From: Clostridia bacterium
GTDB lineage: Bacteria > Bacillota > Clostridia > TANB77 > CAG-508
Direction of reading: 5' to 3'
DNA length: 64,000 nt
NCBI GenBank assembly: GCA_016290095.1
Contig: JAEESU010000026.1
Span: 8,573-72,572 of the forward strand
Shown here: in pieces, positions 50,997 through 59,910 of the stretch
How positions within the stretch are numbered: the stretch's first letter is position 1
Layout: every line of letters starts with the position of its first letter
The notes under the pieces: model-generated
Databases searched by the model: none
What the model was told of the DNA's origin: nothing
Seen by the model: only the letters and a program-made list of their open reading frames with translations
Translations under genes and position numbers: made by a program

Positions 50997-51689
50997 ATGA
51001 TTAAAGTTTTAATAGTTTGTAAACAATTAGAAAATGCAAAGAAAATATTCAATAATATTGTAAGTAAAATTAAAAATCTACATTTAATTGGAATTGCAAA
51101 TTCGTTTCAAGAAGCAAAAAAGATATTAATAGATGAAGAAGCAGATATTATTATCACAACTTCGAAAAATACTGTTACATTTATAAAAAATAATTTTATT
51201 ACATATAATCCTGGTATTATAATTATTGATAATATTCCAAGAATTGAATTTGATTATCGCAAAGCCTTAATTATTAGTAATGAGAAAAGTCTTGATGAAA
51301 TAAAAGATAGAATACAATTCTTTTTAAGACACAATATTGAAAAATCTCAAAAAGAAACAATATCTTCCGTTTTAACTCAATTAGGCTTCAGCTTTAATTG
51401 GTCTGGAACAATATATCTTTTAGATTCAATTTTATACGCACATTCATATAAAGGCTCATATAGTTTTGAACGTGTTAAACGAGATATTTATTTTAATGTA
51501 GCTAATTCCAATAATACCACAAGTAGTAGAGTAAAATGGTCTATAGAAAGAGCAATAAAATACATGTACAGTAAGCATACTAAAGAAACATATAAATATG
51601 TAGAAAAATTACTAAAAATTAAATATCCACAAAGACCTGTTGCAAAACAAATTATCAGCATTGTAGCAAATTCTTTAGATTTACTTTAA
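50997..51689 (+). CDS. Spo0A-like protein with a degenerate, non-phosphorylatable receiver domain plus a Spo0A_C DNA-binding domain
   Basis: The C-terminal 120 aa align with Spo0A_C: ISSVLTQLG..GTIYLLDSILYA, NTTSSRVKWSIERAIKYMYS and RPVAKQIISIVANSL. The N-terminal fold is receiver-like, but the acidic pocket and phospho-Asp are replaced (KVLIVCKQ and DIIITTSKN). The start was chosen at MIKV, which follows a GAGGAG RBS. Confidence 0.6.
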   Translation: MIKVLIVCKQLENAKKIFNNIVSKIKNLHLIGIANSFQEAKKILIDEEADIIITTSKNTVTFIKNNFITYNPGIIIIDNIPRIEFDYRKALIISNEKSLDEIKDRIQFFLRHNIEKSQKETISSVLTQLGFSFNWSGTIYLLDSILYAHSYKGSYSFERVKRDIYFNVANSNNTTSSRVKWSIERAIKYMYSKHTKETYKYVEKLLKIKYPQRPVAKQIISIVANSLDLL

Positions 51690-51699
51690 TTGGCAAGAG

Positions 51700-51830
51700 T
51701 TTCACAGTTTCACAGGGACGTTCCTTTTAGTGCCAAAATGAAACTAAAGGGACACTCCTTATATAAGGAGTGTCCCAAGTGTGTCAAAATAGAACTAAAA
51801 GGAACGTCCCTGTGAAACTGTGAAAAAATG
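51700..51830. repeat. Full-length nested palindromic intergenic repeat element between convergent genes
   Basis: The outer 32-bp inverted arms are TTTCACAGTTTCACAGGGACGTTCCTTTTAGT and ACTAAAAGGAACGTCCCTGTGAAACTGTGAAA. The inner perfect palindrome is GGGACACTCCTTATATAAGGAGTGTCCC. Confidence 0.7.
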
Positions 51831-51843
51831 AAACCGTGGAATT

Positions 51844-54621
51844 TTAGCTTAAATTATCTCTACAGTTTTCACATAGTGTTGGGTGCTCTGCATTTTGTCC
51901 TACTGTTTCTGAATACATCCAGCATCTTTCACATTTTTCTCCACTGGCTTTTTCAACTTTAACACCTAAATCTACTTCTTCATCTGCATTTCTTCTATTG
52001 CTTAATATTTCAACATCAGATACTATGAATACATCTTTTAATATATCTCTGTTTTCTTTTAAAAATTCATATTGATCATTTTCTTCCGCATAAAGTGTAA
52101 CTTTTGCTTCTAATGATAATCCTATTTCTTTTTCTGTCCTTGCTACTTCTAGTTTTTTACTTACAGCATCTTTTATTTTTATAATTTTTTCCCATTTTAA
52201 TGATAATGCTTCATCATCATATTTTGGATTTACTTTTGGATAATACTCAAGCATAACACTTTCTGTATTTTCTCCATTTTTATGTTGCATATAACTCCAT
52301 ATTTCTTCTGCAGTAAAGCATGTCATTGGAGCTAGTATTCTAACTAAACAAGATAATATTTCATACATTGTTGTTTGAGCTGCTCTTCTTTCTATAGATT
52401 GAGGTTTAGTTACATATAATCTATTTTTTATGATATCTAAGTAGAATTGACTCATATCAACAACGCAAAATTGATTGATTGCTTGATAAGCTTCATGGAA
52501 ATCATAATTATCATATGCTTTCGTGCAAGTTCTTATTAAATTGTTTAATCTTGTTAAAGCCCATTTATCTATTTCTTGTAAATCTTCATATGCTACTGGA
52601 TTGTTTGGATTATAATCATAAGTATTTCCTAATATATATCTAGCTGTGTTTCTTATTTTTCTGTATACTTCTGTTACTTGTTTTAATATATTCTTAGATA
52701 CACTTACATCTGATTGATAGTCTGATGCAAGAACCCAAAGTCTTAAAACATCTGCTCCGGATTCCTTAATTATTTCTTGAGGAGCAATTACATTTCCTAC
52801 AGATTTACTCATTTTTCTTCCTTGTTCATCAACTGTATATCCGTGAGTAACAACTTGTTTATAAGGTGCTTTTCCAAAATTTGCTACAGATGTTAAAAGT
52901 GAACTTTGGAACCATCCTCTATATTGGTCAGATCCTTCTAAGTAAAGATCTGCTTCTGGAAGTCCTCTTTCCTCCAATACTGAATGATATGTTGATCCGC
53001 TATCAAACCAAACATCCATAATATCTGTTTCTTTCTTAAATTCTGTACATCCGCATTCGCATTTAGCATTCTCAGGCATTAATTCTTTTTCAGATAAATC
53101 GAACCATGCGTTTGACCCTTTTTCTTTAAATATTTCTTGAACTTTCTTTAATGACTCATCTGTCATATATGGCTTACCGCAATCTTTACAATAGAATGCT
53201 GGAATTGGAACTCCCCATGTTCTTTGACGAGATATACACCAATCATTTCTATCTTCAACCATTTTTGAGATTCTTTCTTCACCCCAAGCAGGTATCCATT
53301 TTACAGTTTTAATTGCTTCTAATGTTTCTTTTCTAAATCCATCAACAGATGCAAACCACTGATTTGTAGCTCTAAATATAACTGGTTTTTTACATCTCCA
53401 GCAATGTGGATATGAGTGCATTACATCTTCTTCTTTTAGTAATAAATTATGTTCTTCTAACCATTTTAAGATTTCTTTGTTTGATTTAGCATAAAACATA
53501 TCTTTAAATGGTCCAGCGCCTTCTCCTCTTTGAACACCTTTTTCATCAACAGTTACTATTATTTCACTATTTTTCTTTAATCCTAATAAATAGTCTTCTT
53601 TACCATAACTAGGTGCACAGTGAACTAATCCAGAGCCTGTTTCAAGTTCTACATTAACAGTATCTTCTGAACCATTTACAACTAAAGAATCTCTATCTAA
53701 AAATGGATGACGACAAACTAAACCTTCTAATTCTGCTCCATCAAACTCTTTTAATACTTTATATTCTTTTATACCAGCTTTTTCCATTACTTTATTTACA
53801 AGTTCTGATGCGATTACTATTTTTTCACCATTTTCTTCAACTAAAGCGTATTTGAAATCTGGTCCAGCAGCAATCATAGTATTTCCAGGTAATGTCCATG
53901 GAGTTGTTGTCCAAATTACAAAATAAGTATTTTCTTTATCAAATAATCCTTTACTATCTTTAACAGGAAATTTTACAAAAGCAGTTTGACTCATTACATC
54001 TTTATATTCGATTTCTGCTTCTGCTAATGCTGTTTCACAATCTGTGCACCAATAAACTGGTTTTAATCCTTTATAAATGTATCCTTTTCTATACATACCA
54101 GCAAACACTTCAACTTGTTTTGCTTCCATTTGAGGTTGATATGTTATATATGGATGTTCCCAATCTCCTAATACTCCTAATCTTTTAAATCCTTCTGTTT
54201 GAGCATCTTTATATTTTGATGTAAATTCTCTACAAGTATCTCTAAATGTATTTACAGGTATTTTACTTCTATCCAATCCTAATTTTTCTATTGCCTTTTT
54301 CTCTGTTGGCATACCATGTGTATCGTATCCAGGAATATAAGGAGTATAATATCCTTGTAAATTTTTATATCTAACAACAGTATCTTTTAATACTTTATTT
54401 AGTGCATGACCTATATGAATTTCTCCATTTGCATATGGAGGTCCATCATGTAGCACAAATGGTGTTTTACCCTCATTCTTTTTTAACATTTTTTCATATA
54501 AACCATTTTCAAATACTTTTTCTAGTATTTTAGGTTCATTTTCTGGTAAACTTGCTCTCATTGGAAACTCTGTTTTTGGCAAGTTTAGTGTTTTTCCATA
54601 ATCTTTCTTTTCTTCACACAT
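51844..54621 (-). CDS. ileS: Isoleucine--tRNA ligase
   Basis: It is 925 aa long. It has a HIGH-type motif (PYANGEIHIGH), KMSKS, and a C-terminal zinc-binding set of Cys residues. Confidence 0.95.
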   Translation of the reverse strand: MCEEKKDYGKTLNLPKTEFPMRASLPENEPKILEKVFENGLYEKMLKKNEGKTPFVLHDGPPYANGEIHIGHALNKVLKDTVVRYKNLQGYYTPYIPGYDTHGMPTEKKAIEKLGLDRSKIPVNTFRDTCREFTSKYKDAQTEGFKRLGVLGDWEHPYITYQPQMEAKQVEVFAGMYRKGYIYKGLKPVYWCTDCETALAEAEIEYKDVMSQTAFVKFPVKDSKGLFDKENTYFVIWTTTPWTLPGNTMIAAGPDFKYALVEENGEKIVIASELVNKVMEKAGIKEYKVLKEFDGAELEGLVCRHPFLDRDSLVVNGSEDTVNVELETGSGLVHCAPSYGKEDYLLGLKKNSEIIVTVDEKGVQRGEGAGPFKDMFYAKSNKEILKWLEEHNLLLKEEDVMHSYPHCWRCKKPVIFRATNQWFASVDGFRKETLEAIKTVKWIPAWGEERISKMVEDRNDWCISRQRTWGVPIPAFYCKDCGKPYMTDESLKKVQEIFKEKGSNAWFDLSEKELMPENAKCECGCTEFKKETDIMDVWFDSGSTYHSVLEERGLPEADLYLEGSDQYRGWFQSSLLTSVANFGKAPYKQVVTHGYTVDEQGRKMSKSVGNVIAPQEIIKESGADVLRLWVLASDYQSDVSVSKNILKQVTEVYRKIRNTARYILGNTYDYNPNNPVAYEDLQEIDKWALTRLNNLIRTCTKAYDNYDFHEAYQAINQFCVVDMSQFYLDIIKNRLYVTKPQSIERRAAQTTMYEILSCLVRILAPMTCFTAEEIWSYMQHKNGENTESVMLEYYPKVNPKYDDEALSLKWEKIIKIKDAVSKKLEVARTEKEIGLSLEAKVTLYAEENDQYEFLKENRDILKDVFIVSDVEILSNRRNADEEVDLGVKVEKASGEKCERCWMYSETVGQNAEHPTLCENCRDNLS

Positions 54622-54629
54622 TTTAATAT

Positions 54630-54930
54630 ACTCCCTTTCTTATATTTTAATAAAAACAAAAAAGCTATTTCATCCTACATAGGACGAAATAGCTTGAAAT
54701 TCCGTGGTACCACCTAAATTAATTAATTATCGAAATTAATTCACTTATTTTTCTCTTAACGCGAGTAAACGAATTGTTTTACTATTAATTCAAACAATCA
54801 GCTCTAAGGTGATAATAAATAGTTTATTATCTTGCTAAACTTTCAGCCCATGATTTAGCTCTCTAAAAAAGTTTTACACTATTTACCTTGTCCTTTTCTT
54901 TGCTTTTATTTATTAATATAATAATCTTAA
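54630..54930 (-). promoter_or_regulatory. T-box riboswitch leader of ileS, with its promoter
   Basis: On the minus strand, the T-box consensus AATTTAGGTGGTACCACGG lies at 54702-54720, and a terminator hairpin AAGCTATTTCGTCCTATGTAGGATGAAATAGCTT followed by T6 lies at 54662-54695. A candidate specifier AUC-A sits in the stem I region. A TTGACA -35 and a TGtTAAGAT extended -10 lie at about 54925-54955. Confidence 0.75.
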
Positions 54931-54966
54931 CACCATTTACATAATTTTGTCAAGTTTTTTAATATA

Positions 54967-54994
54967 TAAAGAGGTGACCCGTATCTTACGATAC
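54967..54994 (-). terminator. Terminator hairpin after the ABC transporter gene
   Basis: The perfect palindrome GACCCGTATC-gtaa-GATACGGGTC is followed by a T-rich stretch on the minus strand. Confidence 0.5.
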
Positions 54995-55012
54995 GGGTCA
55001 AAGGTCTGTCAG

Positions 55013-56596
55013 TTAGATGTGTTCAGTGATCTCGATTTTTTCTCCGTTGTTTCTCATAATCCACATTTTGCCAACACGCTTGCTGACGATTTCTTTGTGA
55101 GTATGCGAAACAATAATAGCACAAGCACCAATATTTTCGATTATACTTTTGATGAAAGAAATAACGATTTCAGCATTCTGATCAGAAATATTTGACAAAA
55201 TTTCATCAAAGATGAGTAGCTGAGGCTTATCAGGAAAACGTTCATGAGTTTTTTCAGCCATATAGAGCATCTGGAGAGCAACTAGTCTTTGTAAATCTGC
55301 TGAGTTTAGTTGTTTTGTAATCTTTGCTTCATAAAACTCAGATTCAGATTCAGGTATACGGCCTGCGATTCCCAAACCACTCGCAAGTTTCCTAATAAGT
55401 TGGAAATCAACATTTCCATTGATGGAAAAGTTTTCCCAAAGTGTAGTACTAATTGCAGTTTTGGAATCGTACAAGATTGCTTCAGGAATGATGTCTTTGA
55501 TCAAGCGATTAAACCGACTCTTACCTGTTTCATTTTCGCCATCAAGCTGTACAATCATCCCCTTCTGGATGGTCAGGTCGCTCGAAATCTCATACCAGCT
55601 ATCAGGCCTATCAGGATGTTTCACATTTGCTGTAAAGCCTTTCTTTACCCTCAAGCCTCGTTCTGACAACTCAACATTTAGTCTCTGCTTCTCTTGCAAA
55701 TGCAGACGTTCAGATTCATCTCGAATTAGCTCACGCAGCTCCTTATCTCTCGAATACTTTATCATCTTTGTGACATCTTCAACGATGTTTCCAATGTCAT
55801 TTGCAAATGATAAGACGTACCCATATGCAGTAAAGATGATATAAGAATACGAATATGGAGTGCCATTAGTAATCTTAACTTCTGCAATAGCCCACATCAA
55901 TGCAACAAAGCAAACTACCTTAATCAACTCAGGAAGGAGCCTAAGTCCATTTTTCACAAGCTGAATGGTAATCTGTTTCCAGTAACTGCCCTCAACTTCA
56001 TGAAGTCTTTCTTCTAACACATTTGTTGATATCATGAACGAATTCGATAGCAGTTCTTGCCTTGTCTGAATGTTTGCTCCAACATTATCAGCTCTCTGCT
56101 GGAGTAGTCCTCTCCGAATACCGCAAACAACTCCAATTGCAAGCACCGAAATTGCTCCGATAATCTGCGGAACTGTCATGTCAACAATCTTCATAATTAC
56201 CACTGTATAAATCAGACTGATGACTGCCTGAATACTCTCAATAACTGTAGAAACTTTGGCATTCTCGTAATTGAATTTTCTAAGACAGATTTCTTTTTTC
56301 CCAGTTTGTATTACTCCATCAAAGCTTCTGAAGAAATTGATCTTTTGGACTTTGACAAGCCACATCTGAGAGAAAATAATCAGCAAAGTACATCCAATCG
56401 AAAGAGCGGTACTAGTAAGTCCAATTGTAAGATATCGATGCCACGCATCCATGTTTCCTTCCTGAACGCTCTTCTGAGATATAAGGTAATTGTAGTTCAG
56501 AATTTTCTCGATGACAACACAGCTGAAAAGCAGGAAGAACAGCATAATTAGCCGTTTTAGTCCCTTCTTTCCGAGAAATGCATAGTTTTTTACCAT
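55013..56596 (-). CDS. Fused ABC exporter (permease plus ATPase) with a degenerate signature motif
   Basis: It has N-terminal TM helices, Walker A GENETGKS, Walker B LLIFDE and an H-loop SHTH, and the LSGGQ signature is replaced by LNSAD. The gene is markedly more GC-rich than its flanks. Confidence 0.6.
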   Translation of the reverse strand: MVKNYAFLGKKGLKRLIMLFFLLFSCVVIEKILNYNYLISQKSVQEGNMDAWHRYLTIGLTSTALSIGCTLLIIFSQMWLVKVQKINFFRSFDGVIQTGKKEICLRKFNYENAKVSTVIESIQAVISLIYTVVIMKIVDMTVPQIIGAISVLAIGVVCGIRRGLLQQRADNVGANIQTRQELLSNSFMISTNVLEERLHEVEGSYWKQITIQLVKNGLRLLPELIKVVCFVALMWAIAEVKITNGTPYSYSYIIFTAYGYVLSFANDIGNIVEDVTKMIKYSRDKELRELIRDESERLHLQEKQRLNVELSERGLRVKKGFTANVKHPDRPDSWYEISSDLTIQKGMIVQLDGENETGKSRFNRLIKDIIPEAILYDSKTAISTTLWENFSINGNVDFQLIRKLASGLGIAGRIPESESEFYEAKITKQLNSADLQRLVALQMLYMAEKTHERFPDKPQLLIFDEILSNISDQNAEIVISFIKSIIENIGACAIIVSHTHKEIVSKRVGKMWIMRNNGEKIEITEHI

Positions 56597-56853
56597 AGGT
56601 CGTTTCCTCTCTTTCTTTTGTTCTAGTTATAACATTGATGCTGCCAAAATTGAGTAATGTGTGACCAATCCTTTTTTTCCTCCTTTCAAACAAGTATTTG
56701 AAATAAATCAGACTAGCAATTGCTAATTCTAATTATTCCATAAAGGATCACTAGTTTAATTATACCACACACTGCAGCACCTTTTCAAGTTATGTAAACC
56801 AATAATAGATACAAAAAATAGCAGTCATATTTTATATAACCGCTATTTTCGTA

Positions 56854-58086
56854 TTACATTACTCTTTTTATGCTATTTGCTGCTTTTTTTCCACTCGCTA
56901 TTGCTCTACATACATATGCTATATTATCACAAACATCTCCACCTGCATATACATTTGGAATTGATGTTTTTCCGTTTTCGTCAATTTTTAAGTATCCTTT
57001 TTCATTTAATTCTAACCCTTGTTGTTCTAGCATATTCTTATCTGGTTTTAATCCTATAGCAAAAATAATTGTATTTGCATCTTCAGTGTATCTCCTTCCC
57101 CCCTCTTTATCAACAGCTTTATTGTCAATTATTTCAGTTTCAATACAATTTACTGAAATTATTTTTCCATCTTTCTCATTAGCTGACTCCACTCTAACTA
57201 ATTCTTTAAAAATCACTCCATCAGAAATTGCATCATCTAATTCTATTTCTCTTGCAGGCATATGCTCTCTATCTCTTCTATATAAAATCTTTACAGTGTC
57301 TGCTCCCATTCGAATTGCTGCTCTCGCAGAATCCATTGCAACATTTCCCCCACCAATTATAACTGTATTTCCTAAATTTATTTTTTCTCCACAATGATAT
57401 TTTTTTAAAAATTCATCTGAGTCAAATATATTTGATGATTTTACTCCAAGATTATATGTAGATGATACTGGAGCACCAACTCCTAAAAACACACTATCAT
57501 ATTTTTCAGATAATTCTTTAATGCTTATATTCTCACCAAGTTTTTGATTCAAATAGAAAGTAGCTCCTAATGATTCTATTTTACTTATTATTCTTTCAAC
57601 TATTGATTTTTCTAGTCTAAAATCTGGTATTCCATATGTTAATAATCCACCTATTTCATTTTCTTTTTCATATATATCAACTTCGAATCCATCCAATAAT
57701 AATTCATATGCACATTCTAATCCGGAAGGTCCACTACCAACAATAGCAACTCTTTTACCATTTGATTCTTTTTTATCTTCAACAAATTTATAATTATTTT
57801 TTTCAGCAAATTCATTAACAGCTTTTTCTATTTTTCCTATGTGTGTCGGTGTAAATTTAATTCCTCTTATACAATTTCCTTCACATTGTTTTTCTTGAGG
57901 ACATACTAAACTACATATATGTGAAAAAATATTATTTCTATGTAATATATTAAATGCTTCTTCATAATTATCTGACTTTACTTCTTGAATAAACTCTGGA
58001 ATATTAGTTTTCATTGGACATCCTTGGCTACATGGTTTATTCTTGCAATTAAAACACTCTTCTGCTAGTTTTTTTATATCTTCCAT
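56854..58086 (-). CDS. GltD-family NAD(P)H-dependent oxidoreductase (glutamate synthase small-subunit-like)
   Basis: It has N-terminal Cys clusters (CKNKPCSQGCP and CPQEKQCEGNC) and two dinucleotide-binding motifs (VAIVGSGPSG and VIIGGGNVAMD). Confidence 0.8.
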   Translation of the reverse strand: MEDIKKLAEECFNCKNKPCSQGCPMKTNIPEFIQEVKSDNYEEAFNILHRNNIFSHICSLVCPQEKQCEGNCIRGIKFTPTHIGKIEKAVNEFAEKNNYKFVEDKKESNGKRVAIVGSGPSGLECAYELLLDGFEVDIYEKENEIGGLLTYGIPDFRLEKSIVERIISKIESLGATFYLNQKLGENISIKELSEKYDSVFLGVGAPVSSTYNLGVKSSNIFDSDEFLKKYHCGEKINLGNTVIIGGGNVAMDSARAAIRMGADTVKILYRRDREHMPAREIELDDAISDGVIFKELVRVESANEKDGKIISVNCIETEIIDNKAVDKEGGRRYTEDANTIIFAIGLKPDKNMLEQQGLELNEKGYLKIDENGKTSIPNVYAGGDVCDNIAYVCRAIASGKKAANSIKRVM

Positions 58087-58092
58087 ATTTAC

Positions 58093-58761
58093 CTATCTTT
58101 CTGAGATTTCAACAACCTCATCAACATCATTTGATTTTGCTATGCTTGCAATTACTGCATTTGCATCTGCTCTATCTTTATATCTACTTAATAATCTTAT
58201 TGCACCATTTTCAATTCTTATCTTTACAATTTCTGTATGATATGTTTCTAGTATCTTTCTAACTTCATCAATTACTTCTTTAGATTTATTTGTTTTAATG
58301 CTTAAATCTAAAATACTAAAATGATCAAACTTATCTGAAAAACTTCTAAAGTTTTTTAAAACCACAAATACTATAATTGTAGCAATTATAGCTCCTATAT
58401 AATCACCAGCTCCAACAGCTAGACCTACACCCGCTACCGCAAGCAATCCTGCTGCTGTTGTTAGTCCTCTTACATTAAATCCATCTCTTAAAATTGTGCC
58501 AGCACCCAAAAATCCAATTCCAGATAAAAACTGTGCTGGTATTCTAGTAGGATCAGCACCTGTGTTATTATAAATGTATTCCCCACAAATCGTTACAAGA
58601 GTTGCACTGATTCCTACTAAAATGTGTGTTCTAAATCCAGCTGGTTTGTTCCATGCTTCTCTTTCGTATCCTATAATTCCTGATAATAGTACTATTAATA
58701 ATAATTTAAACAGTGTATTAATTTCATTTACAGCTAATAGTGTATTTATTACTTCAATCAT
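58093..58761 (-). CDS. mgtC: MgtC/SapB family membrane protein
   Basis: It contains GYEREAWNKPAGFRTHILVG and a C-terminal ACT-like domain. Confidence 0.85.
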   Translation of the reverse strand: MIEVINTLLAVNEINTLFKLLLIVLLSGIIGYEREAWNKPAGFRTHILVGISATLVTICGEYIYNNTGADPTRIPAQFLSGIGFLGAGTILRDGFNVRGLTTAAGLLAVAGVGLAVGAGDYIGAIIATIIVFVVLKNFRSFSDKFDHFSILDLSIKTNKSKEVIDEVRKILETYHTEIVKIRIENGAIRLLSRYKDRADANAVIASIAKSNDVDEVVEISER

Positions 58762-58780
58762 TTTTCAATTTTCTCCTTGC

Positions 58781-58915
58781 TTATTTTTTCTTTTTTGTTG
58801 CCTTATTTAGCCTTTCAGCATTTTCTTTTTGCTTTTCTGGTGCAACCCATCCAAATTCTGTTGGCACAGTTTCACCATATTCAGTAGTGTTCTTTTTCTT
58901 TTCTTTTTTTCCCAT
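58781..58915 (-). CDS. Candidate 44-aa Lys-rich small protein (MGKKEKKKNTTEYGETVPTEFGWVAPEKQKENAERLNKATKKKK)
   Basis: It is not in the ORF track. A GGGAGGT RBS lies 7 nt upstream of the ATG. Its stop is immediately upstream of the mgtC RBS. Confidence 0.3.
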   Translation of the reverse strand: MGKKEKKKNTTEYGETVPTEFGWVAPEKQKENAERLNKATKKKK

Positions 58916-59017
58916 AATAATTACCTCCCAATAGTAATTATTATTTTCCATAATTTAACTTTTTATTCTAATTCTTCTCTCTCCATCTGTTGTTTTCTCA
59001 TTTGTGATCTAACTTTT

Positions 59018-59830
59018 CTATTCACTAATTTTCTTAGCTTGTAATACTATTCTATATTTACTATTATTTGCACATGTTGATAATGTTAAAATTCTATCAT
59101 TTTCATTAACATCAATTCCAAAATCATAAATGCTCTTAGAAACTGATCTTTTAATAAAATCTGAATAACTAATCACGTCAAAATCTGTTAATATGTAATA
59201 TTCTTCTTCCTCTATTTCATAAATAGAATATACTTCATATAATGAATAATTATTTTCTGTAATAAATACTACTATCCTATTTTCGTCATTTGTATACCAT
59301 TCAGGAGTCAAAATGTTTTTTAATGATGCAAACATGCTTCCATCTCTACGATTATGTCCATATATTACAATGTTTTTATCTGTACCATCAAATCTGTTTC
59401 TATAATCTGCAAATGCCCATCCAGCAGCATTATTTCTTTTTTCAAAATTATGTGTTAGATAATAACTGTTATCTGCACTTTGAACTACTGGAAATTCTAC
59501 ATTTGTTCCATATACTTTAAGCCAACCAACTGTATCATTATTAATTTCTTTTAAGCCGTTAAAATCTATTTGATATTTTGCTTTTTCATCTTCAACAGCA
59601 CTTATAGAAACTTTACTTGAAACAGCTTCAATAATTTCCGCGTTTTCTTTATTGTTTAAATGCCATTTAATAATTTCTTTTCCTGAATAAACCGCTACTA
59701 TTAAGCATATTATGAAGACTATCATCAAAAAAGTATCAGCTGCTTTTAATTTTATTTTTTTACTTTTCTCTTTCTTATATTGTTCTTCAACATCTCTGAA
59801 AACTGGCTGTTTTCTCCTTTTTGGCCTCAT
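59018..59830 (-). CDS. srtB: Sortase B-type transpeptidase
   Basis: It has an N-terminal TM, the catalytic His in IYGHN and the catalytic Cys in the LSTC motif, and is 270 aa long. Confidence 0.75.
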   Translation of the reverse strand: MRPKRRKQPVFRDVEEQYKKEKSKKIKLKAADTFLMIVFIICLIVAVYSGKEIIKWHLNNKENAEIIEAVSSKVSISAVEDEKAKYQIDFNGLKEINNDTVGWLKVYGTNVEFPVVQSADNSYYLTHNFEKRNNAAGWAFADYRNRFDGTDKNIVIYGHNRRDGSMFASLKNILTPEWYTNDENRIVVFITENNYSLYEVYSIYEIEEEEYYILTDFDVISYSDFIKRSVSKSIYDFGIDVNENDRILTLSTCANNSKYRIVLQAKKISE

Positions 59831-59910
59831 CTAATTTTCTCCCAAACTATTTAAAATAAGCTTAAGCAAACACAGCTTAAGCTTATTTAATAGAAAACTT
59901 ATTATTTGCT

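Noticed and set aside
50997-51689. Calling this the bona fide spo0A
   Set aside because: The receiver has lost both acidic-pocket Asp residues and the phospho-Asp. The genomic context also lacks spoIVB and recN. It was treated as a paralog.
56412-56693. 93-aa minus-strand ORF overlapping the ABC transporter start
   Set aside because: It is an alternative frame upstream of and overlapping the real start. The ABC ORF has its own AGAGGAAA RBS at the annotated ATG.
58916-59017. M-box (Mg) riboswitch upstream of mgtC
   Set aside because: The region is largely covered by the srtB 3' end and the small ORF. No M-box-like conserved helices were recognisable.
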